A stretch of 64,000 nucleotides of DNA, taken from NCBI GenBank assembly GCA_964016885.1, contig OZ024749.1, positions 32,550,001 through 32,614,000 of the forward strand, written 5' to 3'. Made by a program: the position numbers and the translations under genes. Below are positions 27,915 to 42,026 of this stretch, piece after piece; the stretch's first letter is position 1, and each line of letters begins with the position of its first letter. The stretch is from Eledone cirrhosa (Eukaryota). The notes beneath the pieces are model-generated. The model ran no database searches. It saw nothing but the letters and a program-made list of their open reading frames with translations, and had not been told where the DNA came from.

Positions 27915-28195
27915 TGAGGGATATATATACAGTATATGCGTGTGTGTGTGTGTGTGTGTGTCCTTGTTCATGTTTATGTTTGTATTTGTAGTTACGTTCC
28001 TTTACATAGCGGTTCGACAAAAAGAGATTGATAAACCCATTGATAAAATAAATAACCCCCCCCCCCCCCCCCAAAAAAAAAACTCTGTCGTCTTTCAAAG
28101 CAGGAAGAGTGCAGCAGATAATGTCATATATATATATATATATATATATCCCTCAGACTCTCACACTTACATCCACGCATACACACACACACACT
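27583..28195. repeat. Local inverted duplication (27583-27821 / 27911-28126) followed by a short direct duplication
   Basis: Arms are reverse complements including the polyG/polyC run; about 27803-27859 recurs at about 28140-28195. Confidence 0.85.
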
Positions 28196-28393
28196 CACTC
28201 ACCGCTCAGACCTCCTTTTCTCCTTCTCCCCTCTCCCTCCTCCTCCAACCACCCATCACCTCTACACGCCTCGCATCTTTTTTAGCACTTGTTTTAAACT
28301 TTTATTTTCCAACTCATGTGTTATTTCTATTTTGTTTCCCCCCCCCCATCCTCACTCCCTCTCGGAGTTCCTCCTCCTCCTCCTTCCAACCAC

Positions 28394-28506
28394 TCTCCTG
28401 GTGAAGGGCTTAAGTCCGAAACGTCGCACTCATACGCCCCACTCTCTATATGCGTGAACCTAATACCTTTCGTAACTTGTACTCTTGTGTTGTTGTTTTT
28501 TACTTT

Positions 28507-28510
<4 letters not shown>
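28394..28510 (+). ncRNA. Degenerate hammerhead motif and tail related to the 580-700 element
   Basis: CTGGTGA AGGGC TTAA GTCC GAAACGTC; core A>G change and broken stem I. Downstream aacctaatac...tgtgttgtt resembles the reverse complement of 580-650. Confidence 0.45.
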
Positions 28511-28539
<29 letters not shown>

Positions 28540-28946
28540 TTAGGTTTGTTGGTTCACCACTGGATAGAGTTGGTCATTCCGTATGCTCAATCTTGGTGTA
28601 ATATTGTGGAGAGTACTCAACGTAGTGCAGTTCACCCGTCTTCGTTTGTGTAGTTGGTGTTGCGAATACGGAGTTAATTATAAATAAAATAAAATAACAG
28701 GAGGCTGGACTGGTGTAAATCCTTGAAAGGTTTATTATACTATGACCATTTCAATGACCGGGTTCCATATGAATCCGGTGATATCATCAGGTATTGGAAT
28801 ATAACAAAAGAATATGTAAAAATACCATGGGTCCGAAAAATCAATACCTGATGATATCACCGGATTCATATGGAACCCGGTCATTGAAATGGCCATAGTA
28901 TAATAAACCTTTCAAGGATTTACACCAGTCCAGCCTCCTGTTATTT

Positions 28947-28953
<7 letters not shown>
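28540..28953. mobile_element. TA-embedded inverted-repeat element, family D, with hammerheads on both strands (28844-28901 +, 28737-28794 -)
   Basis: ATAC CTGATGA ..ACCGG ATTCATATGGAAC CCGGT.. GAAA TGGCCA TA GTAT; palindromic stem III ATGGCCAT; arms about 28684-28796 and 28842-28953. Confidence 0.8.
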
Positions 28954-28997
<44 letters not shown>

Positions 28998-29002
<5 letters not shown>

Positions 29003-29581
29003 ATACTTTGGGAGGGTCATGTTGCCAATAAGAAACACACGCACCAGTTGCTTTCACTTCAATTTATTATAATAAATTTATAAATTTAGGAATTTATAAA
29101 TCTATAAATTTCTGGTTGGTTGGTTGGTTGGTTCCACAACCAGATAGTTGTTTATATATTGTCAAAGTTCTTTCGTCACACATTCTGTGACCTCATCGGC
29201 GACTGGGGATTCTTTTCTTTGTTTTTGTGCCTCTCCTTTGTTCTGTCCTACGCCATTTTGTTTTCAACAAAACAAAATGGCGTAGGACAGAACAAAGGAG
29301 AGGCACAAAAACAAAGAAAAGAATCCCCAGTCGCCGATGAGGTCACAGAATGTGTGACGAAAGAACTTTGACAATATATAAACAACTATCTGGTTGTGGA
29401 ACCAACCAACCAACCGGAAATTTATAAATTCCTAAATTTATAAATTTATTATAATAAATTGAAGTGAAAGCAACTGGTGCGTGTGTTTCTTATTGGCAAC
29501 ATGACCCTCCCAAAGTATAACAATATCGGTTTCAACACACGATTTCAGATAAAGAATCTTGCTAAACAAATTCAGAAACGA

Positions 29582-29585
<4 letters not shown>
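28998..29585. mobile_element. About 525-bp palindrome plus tail, family E, with hammerhead variant (29330-29372 +, 29161-29203 -)
   Basis: Arms meet at loop CAAC (29265-29268). GTCG CCGATGA G GTCACA GAATG TGTGAC GAAA GAAC TT TGAC; (TA)n flanks; internally deleted copy at 53296-53450. Confidence 0.75.
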
Positions 29586-29626
<41 letters not shown>

Positions 29627-30189
29627 ATATATAGCCAGAGACGCTTCACAGTGCTGAGACATATTTAAGAAGCCACTTAACAGGACATAACCTAACCTCA
29701 ATAGGAAGCACAAATGGAATAACAACACAACAACCTAGTGACTGATGACACATGAGAATATATCTAAAAGTGGTACACGTAAACCTCCTTAGTTTAACAA
29801 ATATCTAGTGAATGGTGAAGGTACATGGCTCAGCGGTTAGGGGGTTCAGCTCTCCACCGTAAGGTCAAAGGTCATGAGTTCGATTCTCTGTAATTCAGGA
29901 GGTACACGTAACTCTATACCATAAAGCATGCTGTCCGACACTCCACTGATTATTGCCAATCCGCCTCCCTTTTTACAGTGATAATAACAACTAGAAGAGA
30001 GAAATGTTTACATTTAGTGAATAATTGAAACCTGTGTGTGCGTATTATGTTATTTACAACGGCTTGAAATTTTGAACTTTGTCCACGGGTCTCTCGTAAT
30101 AGCTCTGAAAAACCCAGAGGTCCAGGGCCCCCAAGATGAGAACCGCTGTCCTAAACTATATATTGATAGAAGGCTATGTAACCCAGTAA

Positions 30190-30380
30190 TAATTGTTTCA
30201 ACTTTTGGCGCACAAGGCTAGCAACTATCCCAGTACATTACTGGTACTTTATTGTATCGACTCCGTAAGGATGAAAGGCAAAGTTGACCTCGACGGGATT
30301 TGAACTCAGATCGTAAAGGGACGTAACTATGCTGGAAAGCATGGCGTCCGACCCTCTACCGATACTGCCAATTCACCAAC
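30190..30380 (-). mobile_element. tRNA-SINE copy
   Basis: Matches family consensus. Confidence 0.85.
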
Positions 30381-30827
30381 CAATAATAATTGTTTCTACT
30401 GTTGGCACAATAATATAATCAAACTATGTTTCCATCTTACTAACTTATGACCGGGTATCATTCTTATGAGGTTAACTTGTCTTCTTTTAATTCGGTTAAG
30501 ACTCTATGGAGTCATGTATTCTCACCTGCCATATGTACAATTGGGTGTCTCATACAACTCTAAAGGATTATAATGCTTTTAGAATGGTTAATCCAGGTAT
30601 TAACAGATATATTTATCATAAAACATATATTCAGCCACACTAATACGGCCAGTTCTGTCAACTTATACAGAATGAGGTTTTGGTAGATTCAGGTTTTAGC
30701 CTGAAATACTAATATTTACGTAGCTTCGTGTATGTATGTATGTAGGCATGTAAGTATGTATGTATGTATGTATGTATGTATGTATGTATGTATGTATGTA
30801 TGTATGTATGTATGTATGCATGTATTT

Positions 30828-31443
30828 ATGTCAGGTCACCAGTTGGTGCTACTGGTAACATGTATCCCAGTACAACCTGTCTCATGGTCGGGTCGTTGGC
30901 GACTAAACTGGCAACCCCACCAAGGTTTCTTGGTGAGGAGGGTGACTTTGGACATCCTGCAGGACTAAAAACAAAACCTGTCAAAGGGCAAAGGAGCTCT
31001 TAAGAGTCAATGGCCATCCAAAATCACCGGGAGAGATGACCCCTTAGCCTTTGTCAAGTCAAGGCAGAATTCTAGGAGAAGGAAAACTCTGATATAACAC
31101 CTGCAACCCTGCTGGTATCCAATGATGTTGACTTGTTCTTCTTTTTGGTAAATATCATCTTGGCTAAGAGAGTGGGACTGGCTTTGTGCAGTGCCTTTGC
31201 TCACTATAAAAGCTTCACGGCACAGGCATTGCTTTATATCTGGAGATCTCTCTGCACTTGTCATCACATGGTACCATGGGCCCAGCACTATGTGTCAGTA
31301 ATTGTCACAGGTGTAGTGTTTGTACCAGAGTGTTCAAGTCGCTAGCTGGACTAAAAAGTCACACTCGTTCACCGCATCAGTAGGGGTTCTCCTACATGGA
31401 TATAAAGTAGTGGCCGTACTCAAAAACGAGTTGGCAGCCACCA
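30828..31443 (+). mobile_element. Internally deleted non-autonomous RTE-like element (5' region fused to zinc-finger 3' end)
   Basis: 31312-31383 encodes CSVCTRVFKSLAGLKSHTRSPHQ* (C2H2-type, RTE-like C-terminus), then a short UTR and (ATGT)n; highly similar inverted copy at 44869-45469. Confidence 0.65.
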
Positions 31444-31814
31444 TGTATGTATGTATGTATGTATTATGTATGTACGTACGTATGTATGTATGTATGTATG
31501 TAGGCATGTAAGTATGTATGTATGTATGTATGTATGTATGTATGTATGTATGTAGTATGTATGTATGGATGGATGGATGGATGGATGGATGTTATCTCTT
31601 TCTCTTAATTTTCAGTCTATTTTTGACCGGCCACCTTCCTGATGGTAAGGTTGTAAAGGAAAGAAAATTTTCGTCATCTTTTGTGCAATCGTTCATCCTT
31701 TGAACGTTTTACATATTTTGAAGGTTTGCCAAATATTTCACCAAACACTTAACTGTAATAGCCAAGCCCTCCTCTCTTCTAGTTATGACACAATCATATT
31801 GAAATACATGAGAA

Positions 31815-32610
31815 ATGTGACTGCAAAGGACACTGTTTCGCAGTCACATAGTTCTGTGGTTCAGTCTCATCGCATGATACCTTAGGCAAGTATCTCCTAC
31901 TGTAACGTCGGAACTTTGGATTGACCAATGTCTTATGAGCAGAATTTGATAAACGGATACTGCAGAAACCTTTCGTATGAATATCTATCTATCCATTCAT
32001 CCATCCATCCATCTATCTATCAAATATATTGCTTGGGATGGACACGTGTAAAACTTGCTCGGTAAGTTTTGCTTGAATTTCTTTAGAAATTCGTCATTCT
32101 AAACTTTCATTTTTACTCCAATTTGTAGAGGGACTGCCAGGTCAAATTTTGATCTGATTAGTCTCTCAAAATATCCTGCCCTTTTAGGGCAAAAACATCA
32201 AACATATTATCTAAAAAAATTCAGACTGGTGGCCGAAAAAAATTCAGACTGGGACATCGCGACCAGAGTTCTTTAAGCGCCTGGAGTCATCCCTGGGAAC
32301 GTCTCGCTCTTTACTGTCAGCGGGGGACTAGAATGGTATCTTAGACGCATGCTGGGACTATGTAGGGACATGTGATAGTAGAGGAGGGTGTAATAGCCTC
32401 AAAAATCTTATCAGCCAATTCTAACTGGCTGATAGATATCGACTATATACACACAGAACAGAGGTAACCGAGAGTGTGTGTGGTGTGTGACAAACTGAAA
32501 TTTGAAATATAAGTACTAGGGATCGATATGATGGAGTAATTCAAAGCAGTGCCCCCCATTATGGCCGCAGTCTAATAAATGAAACTAGTAAAAGAATAAA
32601 AGAATAAAAG
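31815..32610 (+). mobile_element. Old interrupted SINE of a second tRNA-derived family
   Basis: 5' part gtggttcagtctcat..ccttaggcaagtatctcctac and 3' part gcagtgcccccc..atggccgcagtc..gaaactagtaaaagaataaaagaataaaag resemble an octopus SINE from memory; no alignment run. Confidence 0.45.
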
Positions 32611-33180
32611 TATTGTCTGTTTAACTGAAGCAATTACTTTATTCCCAATTATTGTGTTTCAATATGGTAGCATAAATAAATACTGCGATGTAAGTTCGAA
32701 TCGTCCATATTTCCTTTTGAATGTTATAAAACAACTTTCCTTGAGTTTTGTGCTGGCGTTCCAATCAACAACGACAGACAATAAGCCGCCATTTTAATAA
32801 TCTCTCACAAATGTTTTGCGTAGCATTTTTATGATTTTGATTTTGTAAGAATCACTTGGTGATTTTCTTCTTTTCCTTTCATTATGTTTTTTTTCCAGAG
32901 CTTTAGTTAGAAATTGAAACCATAAATGTATTGTGTTATTTTTTACATATTTAATGCACAGAACTTTAGAGAACTCACTGGAAGTAATTGGACAGCGAGC
33001 AAAGGTTAGTCACTATAAAGTTGACTTATATTACTGTAATTACTTCAGCAAGAAACTCTGGATGGGTTTCAGTCTCACAAGACTATCTCAGCGAAGCTTA
33101 GACATTGCTGCATTAGCCAAAGTAGTTATGAGTGAATTTCTCTCTCTCTCTTTATATATACATACATAACATACATATAT

Positions 33181-33218
<38 letters not shown>

Positions 33219-34938
33219 ATATTCAAGTAAGTAGTGGTGTCTACGTAATAGTAGATATTATTTTCTCAAATTTGGAGTATAATCCACGGTTTATTTTAAA
33301 GAAATTTTGCAGCTACACAGATCTTTGAAGTAGCGTTGTAATTGCTATTATTTTAACAATTTATGAGTGTTGTAACTCTTTTTAACCATCATTTACCATG
33401 TAAAAGCGCATTTGACACAAAATGTAAAAAAGCGAGTTAACAACTTGTTAAAATAGCCACTGGAATAATTCAAATTTTATAGTAGTCCTTATTTCTCTCA
33501 AACTCATCAACTGATGTAATATCTTTGTAACACTGCATATTTTCAGGGGGAGGGTGTTCTTAGATATCCAGTTAAAAATGATAAATGTTACTTTTTCTTA
33601 TATTGCTCCATTATTTTTTTTATTTTTTTTTTTATTTCGGCTTCTGCACTGTTCAAGAAGACAAAAAGTGGAGCCCCAGGAAGGCAAAGATAGGCTATAG
33701 GGAAAAAAAATATGATGCATGGTAAAATCCGGAAAAACGGCAAGAAGAAGAAAATGAATAAAAGAAAAGAAAAACAATTTGAAATATAGAAAAGGAAAGA
33801 AACCACTCGCATGTGAGGAAGCTCAGTACTTGATGGACACATTGTCGAACAGTTGAAATGGTTTCCAAATATTGATAGGGGCAAAAGATGCATGTTTTAC
33901 CTCCAGGTTTCACTTAAAATAGTTGAGATATAAAGAAAGATAACATAGAAAAGCTGACAAATAGTCATACCGACTGTATCACAACCAGATATTTGTCCTT
34001 CATAACCAACCATAAATTAATCAGAAAAAAAAAAAGCGAAAATGGAAACCACGAGGAGATACGTTTTAAGAATGATTTATCATTTCCGAACGTTTCATCA
34101 AATTGTTTTTTTTTTTGTTTTTTTTTGTTTTGTTTTTGTTTTTGTTGCTGCTGTTTGTCACATCCTACAGAGATATCCTTCTTTCTCCTTTATATATATA
34201 TATTTATATTATGTTCCATGGCAAAAATAATTCATTCTACAATCTCACAGATCTTGTTAATCTGGCTATTAAATGGAATGTTCGACGTTGCAAGCAGTTA
34301 TCAACAACAACTCAAACAATCAAAACGGAGTAGAAAAGTATGTTACACTGGGAACTTAGTTGAAATATGTTAGAGAAAAAAAGGAGAAAGAGAGAGAGAG
34401 AGAATGACAGGCAGACAGTCAGACAAACAGAGAGAGACTGACAGACAGACAGAGAGAGACTGACAGACTGACAGAGAGAGACTGACAGACAGGCAGAAAG
34501 AGAAGGTAGGATGGATAGATAGATTGATAGAGTGAGAGAGTGAAAGAGAGACCGAGATGGAGACAGAGAGAGAGAAAGAGAGAGTGAGAGAGCGAGCGAG
34601 AGAGAGAAGGTAGGATAGATTAACCAATCATAATAAAGAACATCTGACGTCATCAATGCGTACAGCATCGTTTTTATTATTCGGCTTCTTTCTTTCGTTT
34701 TAAAGACTGCAATATGATGGCAAGCTTACACTGAGCTGAACACGGGGAAAAAATGGCAGGTCTGGTTTCCGGTCGTTCCAATTCAGTTCTCTTAATATGG
34801 CCGGAGGCAGGACCGGCGCTACTATTAAAACCTACTAGGTAGCCTTCTATGACACAGGACTTAGAGAAGTGCATACTGAAACTTAAAAGATCTTGGTGTC
34901 GATTTTTATAGAATTTTGTATAGTTGAATTAAATATAT

Positions 34939-35125
34939 AATTGTTTCTACTTTTGGCACAAGGCCAACAATAACCCAGTGTATTACTGGTACTTTATTTT
35001 ATCGACCCCGTAAGGATGAAAGGCAAAGTTAACCTCGGCGGGATTTGAACTCAGATTGGAAAGGGACGTAACTCTATGCGTCAAAGCATGGCGTCCGACC
35101 CTCTACCAATACTGCCAATCCACCG
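34939..35125 (-). mobile_element. tRNA-SINE copy
   Basis: Matches family consensus. Confidence 0.85.
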
Positions 35126-35143
35126 CTATATAATGATTTTCTG

Positions 35144-38100
35144 CACACTGAACTGTAAATGTCCAGGTAGACACCCTCACTGAACTGTAAATGACCAGGT
35201 AGACCACACACTGAACTGTAAATGACCAAGTAGACCCCCTCACTGAACTGTAAATGATCAGGTAGACCTTACACTGAACTGTAAATGACCAGGTAGACCC
35301 GCTCACTGAACTGTAAATGACCAGGTAGATCACACACTGGACTGTAAATGACCAGGTAGACCACACACTGAACTGTAAATGACCAGGTAGACCTTACACT
35401 GAACTGTAAATGACCAGGTAGACCACACACTGAACTGTAAATGACCAGGTAGACCACTCACTGAACTGTAAATGACCAGGTAGACCATACACTGAACTGT
35501 AAATGACCAGGTAGACCACTCAATGAACTGTAAATGACCAGGTAGACCACACACTGTACTGTAAATGACCAGGTAGACCACACACTAAACTGTAAATGAC
35601 CAGGTAGACCACACACTGAACTGTAAATGACCAGGTAGACCACACACTGAACTGTAAATGACCAGGTAGACCACACACTGAACTGTAAATGACCAGGTAG
35701 ACCTTACACTGAACTGTAAATGACCAGGTAGACCACACACTGAACTGTAAATGACCAGGTAGACCTTACACTGAACTGTAAATGACCAGGTAGACCACAC
35801 ACTGGACTGTAAATGACCAGGTAGACCACACCCTGGACTGTAAATGACCAGGTAGACCACACACTGAACTGTAAATGACCAGGGTGACCACACACTGAAC
35901 TGTAAATGACCAGGTAGACCACACACTGAACTGTAAATGACCAGGTAGACCCCTCACTGAACTGTAAATGACCAGGTAGACCACACACTGGACTGTAAAT
36001 GACCAGGTAGACCACACACTGAACTGTAAATGACCATGTAGACCACTCAATGAACTGTAAATGACCAGGTAGACCATACAATGAACTGTAAATGACCAGG
36101 TAGACCACTCAATGAACTGTAAATGACCAGGTAGACCACACACTGAACTGTAAATGACCAGGTAGACCACACACTGAACTGTAAATGACCAGGTAGACCA
36201 CTCAATGAACTGTAAATGACCAGTTAGACCACACACTGAACTGTAAATGACCAGGTAGACCACTCAATGAACTGTAAATGACCAGGTAGACCATACAATG
36301 AACTGTAAATGACCAGGTAGACCTTACACTGAACTGTAAATGACCAGGTAGACCACACACTGAACTGTAAATGACCAGGTAGACCACACACTGAACTGTA
36401 AATGACCAGGTAGACCACACACTGAACTGTAAATGACCAGGTAGACCACTCAATGAACTGTAAATGACCAGGTAGACCATACAATGAACTGTAAATGACC
36501 AGGTAGACCACACACTGAACTGTAAATGACCAGGTAGACCACACACTGAACTGTAAATGACCAGGTAGACCACTCAATGAACTGTAAATGACCAGGTAGA
36601 CCACACACTGAACTGTAAATGACCAGGTAGACCATACAATGAACTGTAAATGACCAGGTAGACCACTCAATGAACTGTAAATGACCAGGTAGACCATACA
36701 ATGAACTGTAAATGACCAGGTAGACCACACACTGAACTGTAAATGACCAGGTAGACCTTACACTGAACTGTAAATGACCAGGTAGACCTTACACTGAACT
36801 GTAAATGACCAGGTAGACCTTACACTGAACTGTAAATGACCAGGTAGACCACTCAATGAACTGTAAATGACCAGGTAGACCTTACACTGAACTGTAAATG
36901 ACCAGGTAGACCACTCAATGAACTGTAAATGACCAGGTAGACCACACACTGAACTGTAAATGACCAGGTAGACCATACAATGAACTGTAAATGACCAGGT
37001 AGACCACACACTGAACTGTAAATGACCAGGTAGACCACACACTGAACTGTAAATGACCAGGTAGACCACACACTGAACTGTAAATGACCAGGTAGACCCC
37101 TCACTGAACTGTAAATGACCAGGTAGACCATACAATGAACTGTAAATGACCAAGTAGACCACACACTGAACTGTAAATGACCAGGTAGACCACACACTGA
37201 ACTGTAAATGACCAGGTAGACCACTCAATGAACTGTAAATGACCAGGTAGACCATACAATGAACTGTAAATGACCAGGTAGACCATACAATGAACTGTAA
37301 ATGACCAGGTAGACCACTCAATGAACTGTAAATGACCAGGTAGACCACACACTGAACTGTAAATGACCAGGTAGACCACACACTGAACTGTAAATGACCA
37401 GGTAGACCACTCAATGAACTGTAAATGACCAGGTAGACCATACAATGAACTGTAAATGACCAAGTAGACCACACACTGAACTGTAAATGACCAGGTAGAC
37501 CACACACTGAACTGTAAATGACCAGGTAGACCACTCAATGAACTGTAAATGACCAGGTAGACCATACAATGAACTGTAAATGACCAGGTAGACCACTCAA
37601 TGAACTGTAAATGACCAGGTAGACCATACAATGAACTGTAAATGACCAAGTAGACCACCCACTGAACTGTAAATGACCAGGTAGACCACTCAATGAACTG
37701 TAAATGACCAGGTAGACCATACAATGAACTGTAAATGACCAGGTAGACCACACACTGAACTGTAAATGACCAGGTAGACCACACACTGAACTGTAAATGA
37801 CCAGGTAGACCATACAATGAACTGTAAATGACCAGGTAGACCACACACTGAACTGTAAATGACCAGGTAGACCACACACTGAACTGTAAATGACCAGGTA
37901 GACCCCTCACTGAACTGTAAATGACCAGGGTGACCACACACTGAACTGTAAATGACCAGGTAGACCACACACTGAACTGTAAATGACCAGGTAGACCACA
38001 CACTGAACTGTAAATGACCAGGTAGACCATACAATGAACTGTAAATGACCAGGTAGACCACACACTGAACTGTAAATGACCAGGTAGACCACACACTGAA

Positions 38101-38360
38101 CTGTAAATGACCAGGTAGACCCCTCACTGAACTGTAAATGACCAGGTAGACCATACAATGAACTGTAAATGACCAGGTAGACCACACACTGAACTGTAAA
38201 TGACCAGGTAGACCACACACTGAACTGTAAATGACCAGGTAGACACCTCACTGAACTGTAAATGACCAGGTAGACCACACACTGAACTGTAAATGACCAG
38301 GTAGACCACACACTGAACTGTAAATGACCAGGTAGACCACTCAATGAACTGTAAAGGACC
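35144..38360. repeat. 31-bp minisatellite array, about 103 copies
   Basis: Unit CACTGAACTGTAAATGACCAGGTAGACCACA with a short variable segment (cacacac, cactcaa, catacaa, cttacac). Confidence 0.98.
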
Positions 38361-38369
38361 AGATACGAA

Positions 38370-38475
38370 TGTGTGTTCCTGTGTGTGTGAGGGAGAGAGA
38401 AAGAGAGAGAGTGTGTGTGTGTGAGAGAGAGAGAGTGTGTGTGTGAGAGAGAGAAAGAGAGAGTGTGTGTGTGAA

Positions 38476-38509
<34 letters not shown>

Positions 38510-38690
38510 TATGTATGTATGAGAGACAGAGAGAGTGTGTGTGTGAAAGAGAGAGAGAGAGAGAAAGAGAGTATGTATGTATGAGAGAGAGAGAGAGTGT
38601 GTGTGTGAAAGAGAGAGAGAGAGAAAGAGAGTATGTATGTATGAGAGAGAGAGAAAGAGAGAGAGAGAGAGAAAGAGAGTATGTATGTAT

Positions 38691-38721
<31 letters not shown>

Positions 38722-39025
38722 TGTGTGTATGTGTGAGTGTATGGGAGTGTGTACGCGACTATCAGTAATAACATGATTGCAATCATGTAGATTGATGATT
38801 TAAAGTGGTTAACTAAGGAAATGTCATCGATCTGGCAGTGCTATATTGATCTGCCACTGGTGTATCGATCTTTCAGCTGTGTATCGATCCGGTTATTGAT
38901 TCCTATTGGTTTAAGAAAGGGGAAGAAGTTAAATCCGGGAAAAAACCGAAAGGAAAAATAATCAAACATTTCAAAGATTGGTATTGGATGGTATGGAAGA
39001 GAGAGAGAGAGGAAAAGGGTGGGAG

Positions 39026-39098
<73 letters not shown>

Positions 39099-39236
39099 GG
39101 GTGGGAGAGATAGAGATAGAGAGGGGGGTGAGATATAGAGAGATAAAAGGCTTAGAGAGAGAGAAGGAGGATTGGATGGTATGGAAGAGAGAGAGAGAGA
39201 GAGAGGAAAAGGGTGGGAGAGATAGAGATAGAGAGC

Positions 39237-39277
<41 letters not shown>

Positions 39278-39460
39278 GGGGAGAGAGAGAGAGGGGATGG
39301 TGAGATATAGAGAGATAAAAGGCTTAGAGAGAGAGAAGGAGGATTGGATGGTATGGAAAAGAGAGAGAGAGGAGGGTGAGAGGGAAAGAGAGAGAGGGGG
39401 GTGAGAAACAGGGGGGAGAAAGAAAGAAAGGGAGAGGGGGGAAAAAGAATTGAAGTATGA
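38370..39460. repeat. GA/GT-rich microsatellite mosaic with local duplications
   Basis: Directly visible. Confidence 0.9.
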
Positions 39461-39768
39461 GGCAGATACCAAAAGATTAGTTCGTCTGTCTGTGTATAAA
39501 GACTATGTCTGTATGCGTATAAAGACCATGTATGTATGTGTATAACGGCCATGTCTCTATGTGTATATATATATATATGTATACGTACATACATACATGT
39601 ATACAGACGTACAGTAGTATGTATATATATATATATATACATACATACATGCAGAAATATATATATATATGATTAACTCACTCGATATGCAAATTAGGCT
39701 GCTCAGCCGTTAATATGCATAAGGAAAGTATATACTTTCAGACGTTCAATCATTTGGCAGGATGGTAT

Positions 39769-39811
39769 ACGTTGCTGACGATAGCTAATAAGCTTGAAAC
39801 TAGTACAGCGT
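39769..39811 (+). ncRNA. Intact minimal type I hammerhead ribozyme motif
   Basis: ACGTTG CTGACGA T AGCT AATA AGCT T GAAA CTAG TA CAGCGT. 6-bp stem I, palindromic stem III ACTAGT, putative GUA site. Confidence 0.8.
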
Positions 39812-39958
39812 TCCTTTGTCAGTGTTGAACAAATGAGCAACGATGGCTGCTAGACACTGTACGGCTTAATTCGGGATGTTTGTTTACAAACACACCGAGC
39901 ATTATAATAAATGTTCGGTGAATCCATACGTACATATATATATATGTGTGCATGTATG

Positions 39959-40054
<96 letters not shown>

Positions 40055-40289
40055 CTACTGTACGTGTGTATACATGTATGTATGTACGTATACATACTTA
40101 TATTTAAGTAACAGCCGTACTAAGAGTGAGAAATGAAATTTTAGTTTCATTTTTTCCGTTTATCGTTTTAGGTACCCCGGCCGATTAACTCACTCGATAT
40201 GCAAATTAGGCTGCTCAGCCGTTAATATGCATAAGGAAAGTATATAGTTTCAGACGTTCAATCATCTGGCAGGAAGGTAGCTTGCGGGA

Positions 40290-40550
40290 GCTTCCAACAG
40301 TAATGGTTGCATTCTTTAAGGGTATGTCAATATTTATTTATAAAACTGCTCTATATTATATTTTATCTGATTAAAGCACACCATAATTTAACTTGGTGTC
40401 CTTGAAATATGTATAATGAAATAAATATGGTTTTATAAATATAGTTTCCATTTGTTAATATCGTATTTTTACTCCAATTATTTGTTGAGTGCTTTATATC
40501 AGTTATAAAAATATTTGCTTGTTGTATCCCAACAATTTAAATAGAACTTT
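40290..40550 (+). mobile_element. Family C element copy with mutated hammerhead core (CTGATTA)
   Basis: Aligns by eye to 53765-53927 and to the tail at 24987-25075. Confidence 0.65.
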
Positions 40551-40689
<139 letters not shown>

Positions 40690-41135
40690 ATAGCCGCCAC
40701 ATTCATAATGGATGTCTATATGAAGGTATGTTATGCGGTGGTGGATTTACGACAAATGAGGCCCTGTGGTTAAGCACACCTAAGCACAATGATAAATCCG
40801 GCACTTGCTGTGTATAACGCTCGTTAGTGCTACTGTCAAGTAATCCTAGCCTGTCATGCTCGTACAATATGCAAATGAGCGTCATCAGCTGTAGTTTCAT
40901 ACGTAAAAGGTATATAAGCTTATTTTTTTTTTGTTACAGTACCGAGTGAGGAAACGTCATCGATGATAGATTAAATAAAACTAGAAAACACGTGTCTGGC
41001 GTTCTCACACGGCTACTGAGATATTTGTAACATGATCAAAGCTCAAGACATTCATTGCCGGACTTAGATATGTCTATCATACATACACATGTAATATATG
41101 CTTTTATATACACATATATTGTATATGTGTATGTG

Positions 41136-41172
<37 letters not shown>

Positions 41173-41290
41173 ATGAGTGTGTGTGTGAGTGTTTGTCGAC
41201 CTCGGCCCACATATACACACAAATCCATCCATCCGTCGATACACACACATACATACATGCACACACACACACTCAGACACATACATACAA

Positions 41291-41677
<387 letters not shown>

Positions 41678-41773
41678 AATATGGGGAGAAGAATACTGCA
41701 TGGTTGCACATGGATTACATATTATAAAATTAGTCCCTTATCAGTGATTTGCCAACGATCATTGGTATTTCAT

Positions 41774-41824
<51 letters not shown>

Positions 41825-41828
<4 letters not shown>

Positions 41829-42026
41829 TTAATATAGATGAGATTCTACAGGACTAGAACTGTTTCATTCATTAGAAATCATCAGGAATCAGCGATTCCT
41901 GATGATTTCTAATGAATGAAACAGTTCTAGTCCTGTAGAATCTCATCTATATTAAAACTTTTATACTCTGCTATGTATTGAGTACCTTACTTACTGTGGT
42001 TGCCTCCGATTCAACCCGGAATAACG
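41825..42026. mobile_element. Family B perfect palindrome (41825-41890 / 41894-41959) with hammerheads at 41894-41942 + and 41842-41890 -
   Basis: GATTC CTGATGA T TTC TAAT GAA T GAAA CAG TTCTAGTC CTG TA GAATC; 3-nt spacer AGC; tail follows. Confidence 0.8.

Noticed and set aside
29815-29890. tRNA-like A/B boxes
   Set aside because: No intact cloverleaf; best read as a decayed SINE head.
32933-33915. Possible piggyBac transposase remnant (YKVDLYYCNYFS; RGKRC)
   Set aside because: Similarity too weak to support without a profile search.
35144-38360. CRISPR-like look (constant part plus variable part) and many minus-strand ORFs
   Set aside because: The variable part is about 7 nt with a few recurring alleles, not unique spacers; no cas genes; eukaryotic context.
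40840-40892. Minus-strand CTGATGA CGCTC...GAGCAT GACA
   Set aside because: GACA instead of GAAA and no stem I pairing.
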